Of a stretch of DNA of 64,000 bases, positions 39,130 to 50,370 are shown piece after piece. The stretch is from Squalus acanthias (Eukaryota), in NCBI GenBank assembly GCA_030390025.1, contig CM059433.1, positions 10,418,001-10,482,000 on the forward strand, read 5' to 3'. The position numbers and the translations under genes are program-made. Within the stretch, counting starts at the first letter, position 1; each line of letters begins with the position of its first letter. The notes below the pieces were generated by a model that ran no database searches, had not been told where the DNA came from, and saw only the letters and a program-made list of their open reading frames with translations.

Positions 39130-40364
39130 CCCTTCACACCCCATCCTTCTCCTGTGTTTCTCTACTCACAGCTGAATGCATCGGGGGGGCAGTGGAAGAC
39201 TCAAATGATGGGTATTTCATTGCCAGTACCTGTTCTCAGCCCCATTACCGAAGGCGTTCTGAAATCTGGGTTGCGTTTCACATGATGACACGCAGAACGC
39301 ACCGTGACGGTATGAGGCAGGGTTTGAGCAGGATCGCCAACTCTGGTTGGACGATTTCCTGGAGGTTTCATCACGTGACCTCCTGCCCCCAGCCGTCCCG
39401 CCCCCACGCTCCTGCCTTGGGTTGTGTGACACGACCATCCTCACAGCCCACCGCCTTACCACACCAATTGGAAGGCAAACGGGCTCTTAATTACCCGATT
39501 GGAATGTGCTTGACTGTCGGTCAAAAAGCCTTTTCATTCAGTTGCCAATATTTTTACAACTAATAAATATTTAAAGAAACGGAACAAAAATCAGGCCCGA
39601 TTTTTTTTTGATGTCCCTACGATTTTTCTCCTGTGTTGGCTCGTAGCAGTGTCCTGGAGATTAATCTTCAATCCTGGAGACTTCTAGACCATCCTGAAGG
39701 GTTGGCATCCCATGGTTTGGTGGACCAGCTGATCATTCCCTGTCCTTCGTTTATGTTTACTGCCTTCCTAAAGGGGAAATAGTTCATAAACAAAAACAAG
39801 GAAGTATCACTTCAATCCCACAGGCTTCTGCAGCAAAGCCATCAGCCAGCCATTCAAATCCACACAAAGTGGGGGTGGAGGATAATCGTGGAGGCAGTTT
39901 TTAGGGTGGAGATTCATCCATTTTGCGCTCTGGGACCACCCGAAAACAGGACAATTGGAAAACGAGTGTGATATCCTGGAGTAACATCAAACCCCCCCGC
40001 CCCCCTGGGAATTAATTCTTGGTCTGTGCTGAATTAAATGATCTCAGTCGGGGCAGTGCTATAATTGGCCTCAGTGCCCCTGGATGGAGGAAGGGATAAA
40101 GTATCTGGCTTTTACATACTCCTGCAGAAGTGAAGGTGGGATTACACCAGAAAACTCATGAATTTTTGGTCACAGCACCTCCAACAATGCACCACTCCCT
40201 CAGCACTACACTGACGTGTCCGCCTAGGTTTAATTCCCGCCTCGCTACCTCTCTCTCCTCCTTTAAGACCCTCCTTAAAACCTACCTCTCTGACCAAGCT
40301 TTTGGTCACCTGTCCTAATATCTCCTGCTTTGGCTCGGCGTCAATTTGTGTCTGATTACCATCT

Positions 40365-40745
40365 TAGCCTGACACTCCGGTGCAGTGCTGAGGGAACGCT
40401 GCACTGTCGGAGGTGCCATCTTTCAGATGAGACATTAAACCGAGGCCCCGTCTGCTCTCTCAGGTGGACGTAAAAGATCCCATGGCACTATTTCGAAGAA
40501 GAGCAGGGGAGTTATCCCCCCGGTGTCATGGGGCCAATATTTATCCCTCAACCAACATAACAAAAACAGTTTATCTGGTCATTATCACATTGCTGTTTGT
40601 GGGAGCTTGCTGTGCGCAAAATGGCTGCCGCGTTTCCTACATTACAACAGTGATTACACTCCAAAAGTACTTCATTGGCTGTAAAGTGCTTTGAGACGTC
40701 CGGTGGTCGTGAAAGGCGCTATAGAAATGCAAGTCTTTCTTTCTT
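40365..40745 (+). mobile_element. DeuSINE/SacSINE1-like SINE inserted into an L2 3' tail (40234-40812)
   Basis: SINE core and tail; flanks match the L2 3' end at 63055-63253. Confidence 0.85.
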
Positions 40746-40963
40746 CTTTCCTTCCTGTGAAACACCTTGGGACGTTTTACTACGTTAAAGGCACTGTATA
40801 AATGCAAGTTGTTGGTATGTGCAGAAGTACTCTACACAAGTCCATTCAGAGTGAATGCAAATCAGGAACTGTCTATTCAGTTTGGGCACGAAAAACTTGT
40901 TTTTACTCTTTGAGAAACACACTGTAAGGTACCCATAGGTCAAGCTTTCACTGGAACTTCTAC

Positions 40964-41648
40964 AAGGTACAGCAAGTAATTAGGAAGGCAAATGGAGTGT
41001 TGGCCTTTACTGCAAAGGGAATGGAGTGTAAAAGTAGGGAAGTCCTGTTACAATTGTACAGGGCATTGGTGAGACCACACCTGGAGTACTGCGTACAGTT
41101 TTGGTCTCTCTGTTTAAGGAAGGATATACTTGCATTGGAGGCAGTTCAGAGAAGGTTCACGAGGTTGATTCCGGAGATGAAGGGGTTATCTTATGAAGAA
41201 AGGTTGAGCAGGTTGGGCCTATACTCATTGGAGTTTAGAAGAATGAGAGGTGATCTTATTGAAACATATAAGATTCGGAAGGGGCTTGACAGGGTAGATG
41301 CAGAGAGGATGTTTCCCCTCGTGGGGGAATCTAGAACTAGGGGGCATAATTTCAGAATAAGGGGAAACCCAATAAATCGGAAATGAGGAGGAATTTCTTA
41401 TCTCAGAGGGTCGTGAATCTTTGGAATTCTCTTCCCCAGAGAGCTGTGGAGGCTGGGTCATTGAATATATTTAAGGTGGAGATAGACAGATTTTTGAATG
41501 GTAAGGGAGTCAAGGGTGATGGGGAGCGGGCAGGAAAGTGGAGTTGAGGCCAAGATCAGATCAGCCTTGATCTTATTGAATGGCGGAGCAGGCTCGAGGG
41601 GCCAAATGACCTACTCCTGCTCCTACGTCTTATGTTCTTATGTTCTTA
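40964..41648 (+). mobile_element. CR1 LINE 3' fragment
   Basis: ORF 40997-41386 RPHLEYCVQFWS; (TTCTTATG)n tail; same family as 50985-51793. Confidence 0.93.
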
Positions 41649-42217
41649 GTATGCGCTGTGACTGGTGACTGGGTGTACAGCAAAAGTACAACAAGCACCA
41701 GCAGTTGCGAGACTTTTCCTTGCACCTTTGTCGAGCTGGGCCAAAAATAGGCAGCAGACAAAACAAACAGGAAATGTTGTAAGCGCACGGGTTTGAGTTT
41801 TAAGTGAGGCTGGAGAAGGAAGTGCATAATTGCATTAAAGCGATCTGCAGCCTTGCGAACTGGCAGCAGGAACTACTGCAGATGTGCAAACACGCAGAGG
41901 GAACAACTGCGTTGTAAAAAAAAAGGACCCAATAATTCCCTCTGATCTCTGTGCAGATTGACAAGCACCAGAAACATTCTGAATGGCACTTCGACATCTT
42001 CCTGGCCTTAACAAGTAGCAGACGCAGAGAGTTCAAACAATCCCACCCGAGGAGGAAATCAGCAGCAAGGATTCCGAGAGCAATACAGGAAGTGTTTGGG
42101 AAAGGATGGAACAATTGTGCTGCATATCTGGGCTCTCCAGCTGTGAATGTTTGACTAACTTGGTTTAAAATGTACTGAGCCCTATATATAAAAATAAATA
42201 CATTTAAAAAAAATAAT

Positions 42218-42976
42218 GGCCCAGAAATTCCGTTCGCAGCCCTCCCGCGGGCGGAGGGCTGCGATCCTGAAAAATCTGCGCCTGGACCGGAGGGCTCCCG
42301 GGAGGCGCAGAATTCCGTTGCTGTGCCTTTTCAAACTGCCGGTGTGCAGGGCACGCGTATCCCAGGGGCGCAGGTAGTTCGCAATGTCCCCTGTGATCAT
42401 GTGGGCCATGGGGAGCCAATCAGAGCAGGGAATCTCCATTCATAGATTTGACAGGAAGACCTGTCAAATCTATGAATAGAGATCACCCCCAAAACATAAG
42501 TAAAACTTCAAATAAATTTTTTTTTTAAATCACATTTTTAAAATGACTATAAATTACATAAATTAACATATTTCAACAAAAATTTAAATTTTTGAAAAAA
42601 ATAACTAAAGTTTTTAACGGGGCTAAAAATAAACTTACCTTTCTTGAAAGTATTTTAAAATGACAAATCAGTGGAAAATTTTTTTTTTTACTTTCTTCCA
42701 CTTTTAGCCTGGTAAAAGCAGGCCTTGCATCTGCTTTTACCAGGCGCAAGAATTGTAAGTGTTTTCTGTGGGCGGAGGGTCTCCAAAAAGCGGAACTATC
42801 CGCCCGCAGAGGCCCTTCTCCAGGGCAGGCGGAGGATCTGTCAAGAGCTTTCTTGACAGATCGGAAATGCCGGTTTCCAGCGCATGCGCAGTGCATGCCT
42901 AAAACCGGCATTTCCGTTGGCCCTACGGGTGAGTACACAGCGCGTACACACCCGTAGGGACCGGAATTTCTGCCTC
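42218..42976. mobile_element. Harbinger-type MITE with multiple internal hairpins
   Basis: TIRs GGCCCAGAAATTCC / GGAATTTCTGCCTC, 3-bp TSD AAT; related copy at 52867-53598. Confidence 0.8.
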
Positions 42977-44199
42977 AATATATATATATATATATATACT
43001 TTGAGATGTCCTGTGGTGTTGGGCATGGGGAGTCAAGTCCAAGTGTCATATTAGGTCAAGCAGGGTTAGAGGGTAGGGGTTAATTGGACCAAAGCGGAGG
43101 AGGACAGAAGAGGGGAAGGGGGAGGAGGCAGCTGGGAACAGGAAGGGGGAAAGGCGAAGGGGAGGACGAGAGGGTGAGGGAAGGGGGCGAGGCAGGGAGG
43201 GAGAAGAGGAGGCAGGGAGGGGGAATAAAACAGCCAGAATATCTGCTACAGATCACAATCCAGTGATCTGTGCTGGAAAGTGCACGTGTATGGATTTCAC
43301 TGAGGACAGGGTCAGACTCAGTTCTGAAACGTTAACTCTGTTTCTCTCTCCACAGATGCTGCCTGACCTGCTGAGTATTTCCAGCATTTTCTGTTTTTAT
43401 TTCAGACTCAGTTGTGATGGATCCCATGCTCGAATAGTCTTCCGAAGCCCATTAGGTTTACTCATGAAAATAAACAGATTTGGGTGAGGCATCTGAGGGC
43501 TGTCAGCGCATCCTGGGAAGAGTCACTGCCTTCGGGAAAGGCTGACAGAAAAGAACATAAATAAATGGGGGTCCACAGTTAATGTCTAAAGATAAGGGGG
43601 CTGAAAATCTGCAGGAGTTGCATCCCAACATAAGTGCCAGGATTTACTGCTCATGACCTCCAATGCTGACTTTACCAGAGTTTGTGGGATGGGGAAGCTG
43701 CAGTGTTTTACATGTGATTGGCGCACATCTAGGGCCCCCGCCTTGCCTCACAGGCCAGAAGTTCTGGTGCAACTTTCTGGTTCTAGGGGAGTACCAAATC
43801 CCCCTACTAGGCTGCGTGGGAATACCTGCGCAAGGCTCCCAGTGTAAGTGGGCCACTCTTAAATAACTTTCTTAAATTCCAACCCTCAGTTTTCCAGGGT
43901 CCAGGACACAATCCCAGCTTGGACCCCAGGCGGAACCCACTTCCAGCATTCACCAGCTGTACCCATTGCCAATCCTGCCCCCAAACAACCGAGCAACTGG
44001 GGACCAGGGAACTGCCAACGTTGGGAGTCCCTTCCTCCAACCCTTGACGCCCCCCTCTAAAATTGCTAGTTTTATAAGGGATGGTCAGAGGCTCTGCCTC
44101 GGCCAAGCGGGAATACCATCCGTTCAGCTTCCTCCCTCCCCTCCCCGAGCCCACCAAGCCAAACTTTATCTAAGGTCCCCACTTCCCTAGCCCTGAGCG

Positions 44200-45091
44200 C
44201 GCATCTTTCTCTAGTCTCTAGTATCTCTCCTATCTCTCCTAATGCCCTCTCCCAGCTCAACTTATCCACTAGACCCACCTTCTGCTCCCTTGACTCTATT
44301 CCCACTAACCTGTTGATCTGTCAACTTCCTTTCCTGGCCCCCATGTTAGCTGATATTGTTAATGGTTCCATCTCCTCAGGTATTGTCCCCTCCCCTTTAA
44401 ATCTGCCATCATCACCCCCCCATCCTTAAAAACCCACCCTTGACATCTCTGTCCTTGCTAACTACCCCCTCCCCCCAAATCCAACCTCTCTTTCCTCTTC
44501 AAAGTCCTTCAACGTGTTGTCACCTCCCAAATCCGTGCCCATCATTCCTGCAACTCCATGTTTGAACCCCTCCAATCAGGTTTCTGCCATTGTCACACCA
44601 TTGAAATGGCCATAATCAAAGTCACGAATGACATCCTTTGTGACTGTGACAGTGGTAAACTATCCCTCCTCGTCCTTCTTGACCTGTCTGCAGCCTTTGA
44701 CATGGTTGACCACTCCATCCTTCTCCAATGTCTCTCCACTGTCATCCAGCTGGGTGGGACTGCCCTCGCCTGGCTCCATTCTTATCTATCTAATCGTAGC
44801 CAGAGAATCACCTGCAATGGCTTCTCTTCCCACTCCCGCAACGTTACCACTGGTGTCCCCCAAGGATCTATCCTTGGCCCCCTCCTATTTCTCATCTACA
44901 TGCTGCTCCTCGGTGACATCATCCAAAACCACGTCAGGTTCCACATGTACACTGACGACACCCAGCTCTACCTCACCACCACCTCTCTCGACCCCTCCAC
45001 TGTCTCCAATTTGTCATGCAGCTTGTTTGACATCCAGTACTGGATGAGCAAAAATTTCATCCAACTAAATATTGGGAAGAACAAAGCCATT
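44200..45091 (+). mobile_element. L2 LINE RT fragment, left part (continues at 50371); left boundary approximate
   Basis: QSGF..H..E.A, LLDLSAAFDMVDH, GVPQGSILGP, YTDDTQLY, LNIGKNKAI. Confidence 0.9.
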
Positions 45092-45780
45092 GGGCTGGAT
45101 TTTCTCAATGGAGATGAGTTGGAGGCGGGACTGCCACTTGTCGTGTCAATGTCCCGCCTCCATCATCATCTGACCAACCAGAGGGATTTCCCCCTGATTG
45201 ACCTTGTTAAGCCCACCCTGCGGGCTCAGCAGGCCAATTAGGGAGGAAGTCACTGACAGAGCACGTCAATGTCTGACGTGCTATCTGTCAAGACTTCTTG
45301 AAAGAAGAAATGTCAGCGTTTGACAGCTCTGTGAAGCTGTCAAACACTGACATTCTCTGTAGCTTGATGAGGCCTTGTGTTCAGGACTCATCAAACCTTT
45401 CAACTTTGTCGATTTCAGATGGCTGTTGGGTCGGAGGATCCAACAGCCAGTCTGTGAAATCTACAAGGAAGATGTCGGCTCTCCCGATCCAGGGTGGATG
45501 AAGGCTGTAGGAAGAAAACAAGGTAAGTGAACATTTTTTAACACTTATCACTCACCTTACGTACTTACTGTCGTAAGAATGAGCCTTACGCGTGGTGAAC
45601 TTAAAGTAAGCTTTAATCAACTAAAAAGGTGTTACATACAAAAGAGGTCTTACTCTATGCCTCTCCAGGATCCAACTGCTCAGTCCAGTATTTATCCTGG
45701 ACTAATCACAGGAAGTGATGCAATAAAGTTCGAGTCACAGGAAGCTGTATTGTGTTACCACATTCTCCCCCCCCAAAAGA

Positions 45781-48700
45781 TTAGGAGGCCGGGATGCACC
45801 CTCCATTTCGTAGCCGCCGGACGAGGGAGAGCCGCACCCGTTTGGGTTCTCGTAGCGGTAGAGGGCCCCTAGCCCGTTTACCCGCCGCGGGCCGTGGACC
45901 AGAGTCCGAGTGATCCAGCCCGCTCTGTGAGGGGTCAGGACGATCCTGACTGTGTACTGGTGCCCGAACGGGTGTCGGGCAGGGCTGTGGCAGATCCGTT
46001 TCCGAGCGTATGGTACGGGGTGGATCGTGGCTGCGCGTGCGAGCCCCGACGGGCTCATAGTCAGTCTGCCCCAGGTCGGCACGCTGGAGTGAGGTACCAG
46101 CCGGCGTCAGATCCAGATCGTGATGAGAGGCACCTGGCGAGCCCAGAGATGTGCCTGGTACAATATCATCCCCTGGTGTCCCTCTATGTTTCGGCGGGCA
46201 GGGAGCCAGATCCCGCAATGACACGGTAGATTCCCGACCGTCAGGATACCGAATATAGGCGTAGGTAGGGTTGACGTCAGTGAGCTCAACCTCATCTACC
46301 AGGGGGTCATTCTTAGACGCCCGGACATATCTTCGGAGTAGCACTGGTCCCGGTGCAGTCAGCCACGACGGGAGAGATATCCCATAGGATGAGCGACGCT
46401 GAAATCGGAAGAACCGTTCATGAGGCGTCGTATTTGTGGCGGTCGAAAGGAGGGACCGTGTGGAGTGTAATGCGTCTGGAAGTACTGCTTCCCATTGCTG
46501 GTTGGGTAGGCCCCGAGATCTCAAAGCCAGACGTACCGCATTCCAGATGATAGCGTTAAAACGCTCGACTTGCCCATTCCCGACCGGATGATAAGGCGTC
46601 GTTCTGCTGGCAGCAATACCCCGTTCCGAGAGATAGGCCTTGAGTTCTCCTGACATAAAAGAAGGGCCCCGATCCGAATGAACATAGGATGCCATGCCAC
46701 AGAAAGCAAATACCTGCTCAAGGCAGCTGATAACCGTGGTCGTCAGCATATTGGGGCAGGGAAAGGCAAACGGAAAACGGGAATACTCATCGACCATGGT
46801 CAATAGATAAGTGTTGCGAGTTGAAGAGGGCAACGGCCCCTTAAAATCGATGCTAAGCCGTTGCATTGGCTGGGTCGCATGTATGAGTATACCACCCGAG
46901 GGGCGGAAAAACTGAGGTTTCAATTCCGCACAGACTCTGCAGTCCGAGCACATCTTCTTTACATCCCCGGTAGAGAATGGGAGATTTCGGGACCGCACGA
47001 AGTGTAGCATGCGAGTAACGCCCGGATGACACAACCCATCATGGATGTCTACGAGCGTAGAGGGTGCCATGGCGGAGCAGAATGCTCGTGTGAGGGTATC
47101 CGGAGCCACATTCTCCTTGCCAGGTCGATAGTGGATGGTGTAACCAAAAGAGGCCAATTCCAGCCGCCAAAGCTGGATTTTATTATTTTTAATTTTGGTC
47201 CGTTTTCGATTATCGAGCATGAAGGCGACCGATCGCTGGTCCGTGATTAAGGTAAAGTGCTGGCGAGCTAGGAGATGAGTCCACTTCCGTACTGCCTCTA
47301 TGATGGCTGTAGCTTCTTTCTCGACTGGAGGATAATGTAGCTCAGCCCCTTGAAAAGTCCTGGACAAAAATGCCACCGGACGACCTTCCTGATTCAGAGT
47401 GGCCGAGATCGCCACCTCCGAGGCATCACACTCAACAACAAAAGGAAGACTCTCATCGATGGAGTGAAGAGCCGCTTTCTCCAACTGTTTTTTCAGGAGG
47501 TTAAAGGCTGCAACAGCCGCTGTGTCCAGTGGGAATGTGCTGGCCTTCAGTAGAGGTTGGATTCGGTCCGAGAAGTTAGGAATCCATTTAGCATAGTATG
47601 CAAACAGGCCGAGGGCCCGGCGCAAGGAGGCCGGATTCTTAGGTGGCGGGAGCTCTTGGAGTGGGCGAAGCCTTTCAGGGTCAGGTTTAATGATGCCATT
47701 GCCCACACAATAGCCAAGGATGTTGATGGTTGGTTGTGACTCAATGGATTTAGCCGCATTTAATGTCAAATTACGGTGCTGGAGTGCATCCCAAAATCGT
47801 TGGAGATTGGCGTCATGTTCCCGCTGATTGCGACCTGCGACAGTAATATTGTCCAGATAAGGAAACGTATCCTTCAAGTCTTCCTGTTTGACCAGGTCAT
47901 CCATTGCTCGCTGGAAGACAGCCACTCCATTAGTGACCCCAAAGGGGAGGCGACGAAATTGATACAGCCGTCCATTGGCTTCAAAGGCCGTATACTGCTT
48001 GTCTGAGACCTTCAAGGGTACCTGATGATAGGCACTTTTCAGATCATATGTTGAGAACACCGTGTACTCAGCCAGTTTATTAACCATATCATCGATGCGC
48101 GGCAATGGGTATGCGTCCAAGTCCGTATATTGATTGATGGTCTGTGAATAGTCAATGCACAGCCGTTTCTTGTGAGGTTGTAGAGGGTTCTTAACAATAA
48201 CGACCTGGGCGCGCCATGGCGACGAACAAGGCTCGATGATATCCTCTGCTAAAAACCGAGAAATCTCAGCCGCAATAAAAGACTGGTCTTCCTGACTGAA
48301 ACGTCGTGACTTTGTTATAATCGGTTTGCATCGAGGAGGGATACTGGTAAACAGTGAGGGTTCATCCAGTGAAGCTGCTGACAATGCACAGAACGGTAAT
48401 CGAGGTCGTATATTAGAAATAGTGAGTTCAGGTTTGGATCCGCCGAACTCAATGGTGAGCTTCTTATGCTGCTTTTGAAAATCCAGCCCTAAGATAAGAT
48501 CACTACATAAGTCCTTGAGCACCGAAAGCCGGGTGGAGGGATACCTGTGACCATTAAGTGTTATTTCAACCATACAAAAGCCAGAAATTCTGGTATTAAG
48601 TGATGACTGAGCCATCGCAATTGCCTGGTCCGATGGGAAAACATGTAGCTTTAACTCTGCAACAATCTGTTCCCTAATGAAACTATCAGTGCTACCTGAG

Positions 48701-49737
48701 TCAATTAAGGCATCTAAAGTATGTCCATTAATTGATGCTTTTGTAGCTGCATGGAATAGGTTCTGAGGACAAGCAGCTGTAATTGGTGTCGTTGCACAAA
48801 GAGTGGCTGAAACTCTAGGTGTGTTTCTTCGAGAGAAAACCCGAGAGGAAGCACGATAGATTTTAGCCGGAACATCTTGATAGGCCCTTACCTGGGCAGT
48901 TCGGTAGGACTTAGCTTGATAAGCCCTCGTAGAGGCTCTTGATAGGCAAACCTTTGCAAAATGACCCTTTTTGTTGCAATGACTGCAAAACGCATTGCGA
49001 GCAGGGCAGAATTTCCGAGGGTGAAACTCATCACCACAAAAGAAGCATTTCTTAGATTGCCAAGAGGCTGCCACAGTGGGGTCATCATCCTCTTCATCAG
49101 TGAAGTCATCAGATTGATCGTCAGGGATAAAGTCCTCCCTAATAGAGTTCACCTGTGGCCTCTTAAATTGCCTGACTGTAGTTAAGGCAGCAGACCGAGG
49201 TCTGGGCACTGTATAAAGGTCTGCATTTCTTTTTGCCAGATCTAGAGAGCAAGCCATGTCATAAGCTCTCTGAAGCTCAAGTGTCTTACTTTCCAGTAGA
49301 CGCTGGCGTATAAATGGGGAGGCAAGCCCGCAGATGAAAGCATCACGGATCATTTCTTCACGGTACAGCTCAGCTGAGGCCGCCTGAAAGTTACAGTCCA
49401 TACTAAGTCTGCGAAGCTCTTGGAGGAATTTATCAATGGATTCCTCCGGCCCTTGCTGGGCTGTAGCTAGTAGATGTCTGGCATAGACCTCATTCGGTGT
49501 CTTAGTATATAGTCTTTTAAGCGTCCGAATTGCCTCCTCGTAACTGCCCCATTCCTCAACATACTGAAATACATTCGGAGTGACACAGTTGATGAGTATC
49601 CGCAACTTTGTGTCATCATCAGCCTTGCAATATTCGAGAAAATTGTCAAACGTGCGATACCAGTGTTTCCACACCTTACCGGCTGCTGGGGTGTTTGGGT
49701 CCAAGTCAAGACGCGATGGTTTAAGGATGTTTTCCAT
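45781..49737 (-). CDS. Gag-Pol polyprotein (1318 aa): two CCHC knuckles, aspartic protease, RT, RNase H, integrase; no env or chromodomain seen
   Basis: CFFCGDEFHPRKFC, CSHCNKKGHFAKVC; LIDSGS; YDLKSAYHQ, LPFGV, YLDN; ECDAS, EKEA, TDQ; HDGLCHPG..CRVC, IDFKG, SDRG, NGQVER. Uninterrupted frame. Confidence 0.96.
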   Translation of the reverse strand: MENILKPSRLDLDPNTPAAGKVWKHWYRTFDNFLEYCKADDDTKLRILINCVTPNVFQYVEEWGSYEEAIRTLKRLYTKTPNEVYARHLLATAQQGPEESIDKFLQELRRLSMDCNFQAASAELYREEMIRDAFICGLASPFIRQRLLESKTLELQRAYDMACSLDLAKRNADLYTVPRPRSAALTTVRQFKRPQVNSIREDFIPDDQSDDFTDEEDDDPTVAASWQSKKCFFCGDEFHPRKFCPARNAFCSHCNKKGHFAKVCLSRASTRAYQAKSYRTAQVRAYQDVPAKIYRASSRVFSRRNTPRVSATLCATTPITAACPQNLFHAATKASINGHTLDALIDSGSTDSFIREQIVAELKLHVFPSDQAIAMAQSSLNTRISGFCMVEITLNGHRYPSTRLSVLKDLCSDLILGLDFQKQHKKLTIEFGGSKPELTISNIRPRLPFCALSAASLDEPSLFTSIPPRCKPIITKSRRFSQEDQSFIAAEISRFLAEDIIEPCSSPWRAQVVIVKNPLQPHKKRLCIDYSQTINQYTDLDAYPLPRIDDMVNKLAEYTVFSTYDLKSAYHQVPLKVSDKQYTAFEANGRLYQFRRLPFGVTNGVAVFQRAMDDLVKQEDLKDTFPYLDNITVAGRNQREHDANLQRFWDALQHRNLTLNAAKSIESQPTINILGYCVGNGIIKPDPERLRPLQELPPPKNPASLRRALGLFAYYAKWIPNFSDRIQPLLKASTFPLDTAAVAAFNLLKKQLEKAALHSIDESLPFVVECDASEVAISATLNQEGRPVAFLSRTFQGAELHYPPVEKEATAIIEAVRKWTHLLARQHFTLITDQRSVAFMLDNRKRTKIKNNKIQLWRLELASFGYTIHYRPGKENVAPDTLTRAFCSAMAPSTLVDIHDGLCHPGVTRMLHFVRSRNLPFSTGDVKKMCSDCRVCAELKPQFFRPSGGILIHATQPMQRLSIDFKGPLPSSTRNTYLLTMVDEYSRFPFAFPCPNMLTTTVISCLEQVFAFCGMASYVHSDRGPSFMSGELKAYLSERGIAASRTTPYHPVGNGQVERFNAIIWNAVRLALRSRGLPNQQWEAVLPDALHSTRSLLSTATNTTPHERFFRFQRRSSYGISLPSWLTAPGPVLLRRYVRASKNDPLVDEVELTDVNPTYAYIRYPDGRESTVSLRDLAPCPPKHRGTPGDDIVPGTSLGSPGASHHDLDLTPAGTSLQRADLGQTDYEPVGARTRSHDPPRTIRSETDLPQPCPTPVRAPVHSQDRPDPSQSGLDHSDSGPRPAAGKRARGPLPLREPKRVRLSLVRRLRNGGCIPAS

Positions 49738-49803
49738 GATGGGTGATTCCCTGGATCCTTAGTTCCGAGTTCGTCCAAAAAGTTTGAGTGCGAAGTTTTT
49801 CAA

Positions 49804-49869
49804 AGTTGATTAAATTGTCGTAAGAATGAGCCTTACGCGTGGTGAACTTAAAGTAAGCTTTAATCAACT
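49804..49869 (-). promoter_or_regulatory. Putative self-priming site: PBS-position 11-mer (49814-49804) complementary to LTR 11-mer (49869-49859) containing ATTAAA
   Basis: Sense strand reads AGTTGATTAAA in the LTR and TTTAATCAACT one base after the LTR; no TGG-starting tRNA PBS. Confidence 0.7.
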
Positions 49870-50370
49870 AAAAAGGTGCTACATACAAAAGAGGTCTTAC
49901 TCTATGCCTCTCCAGGATCCAACTGCTCAGTCCAGTATTTATCCTGGACTAATCACAGGAAGTGATGCAATAAAGTTCGAGTCACAGGAAGCTGTATTGT
50001 GTTACCACACTTACCACTCCACACTTGCACCCATCACTCACCTCTACATCTTACTTCCAGGTGCCTCCGACCCCCGCAGACCTCCAACCCGGCGGGGTTC
50101 TCCGAGGTCGGGAAACCTTCACCTGTGAAGGTTAAATGGCACTAATCCTTTTTTCTGCCTGTTAACTACCTGTTAACAGGCAGTTAAAAGGATTTAATGC
50201 CTTTCCCGCCTCCAGGAGACGGAACCCGAACCAACACATCTTCCCGCCTCCTGGCAAAAGGGCACAGAGGCGGGATGGGGGGCGGGTTTGCCATCTGCCC
50301 CCACTTTCTGCTACTTCACCGGCAGTCCCGCCTCCATGCCCGCCTCCTCGGGGCTGAGAAAATCCAGCCC

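Larger units (their letters stand above)
45569..50009 (-). mobile_element. Full-length Ty3/Gypsy LTR retrotransposon, 4441 bp
   Basis: LTRs 45569-45762 and 49816-50009 (194 bp, TG...CA, one mismatch); TSD CTTAC; polypurine tract GGGGGGGGAGAA next to the 3' LTR; PR-RT-RH-IN order. Confidence 0.98.
45092..50370. mobile_element. Non-autonomous Harbinger-type element (~840 bp net) inserted in L2 and hosting the Gypsy element
   Basis: Perfect 15-bp TIRs GGGCTGGATTTTCTC (45092) / GAGAAAATCCAGCCC (50370); L2 resumes collinearly outside; TSD imperfect (ATT / TTG). Confidence 0.82.

Noticed and set aside
41951..42154. Plus-strand ORF after a TGTGCAG acceptor-like site
   Set aside because: No recognisable homology and no partner exons found.
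45781..49737. Endogenous retrovirus or domesticated gag-pol gene
   Set aside because: No env ORF, motifs are Gypsy-type, and intact LTRs with TSD indicate a recent mobile insertion.
45579..50128. Twin plus-strand ORFs MSLTRGELKV... at 45579 and 49826 and other antisense ORFs in the Gypsy element
   Set aside because: Antisense read-through of the two LTRs and shadow frames of gag-pol; no recognisable domains.
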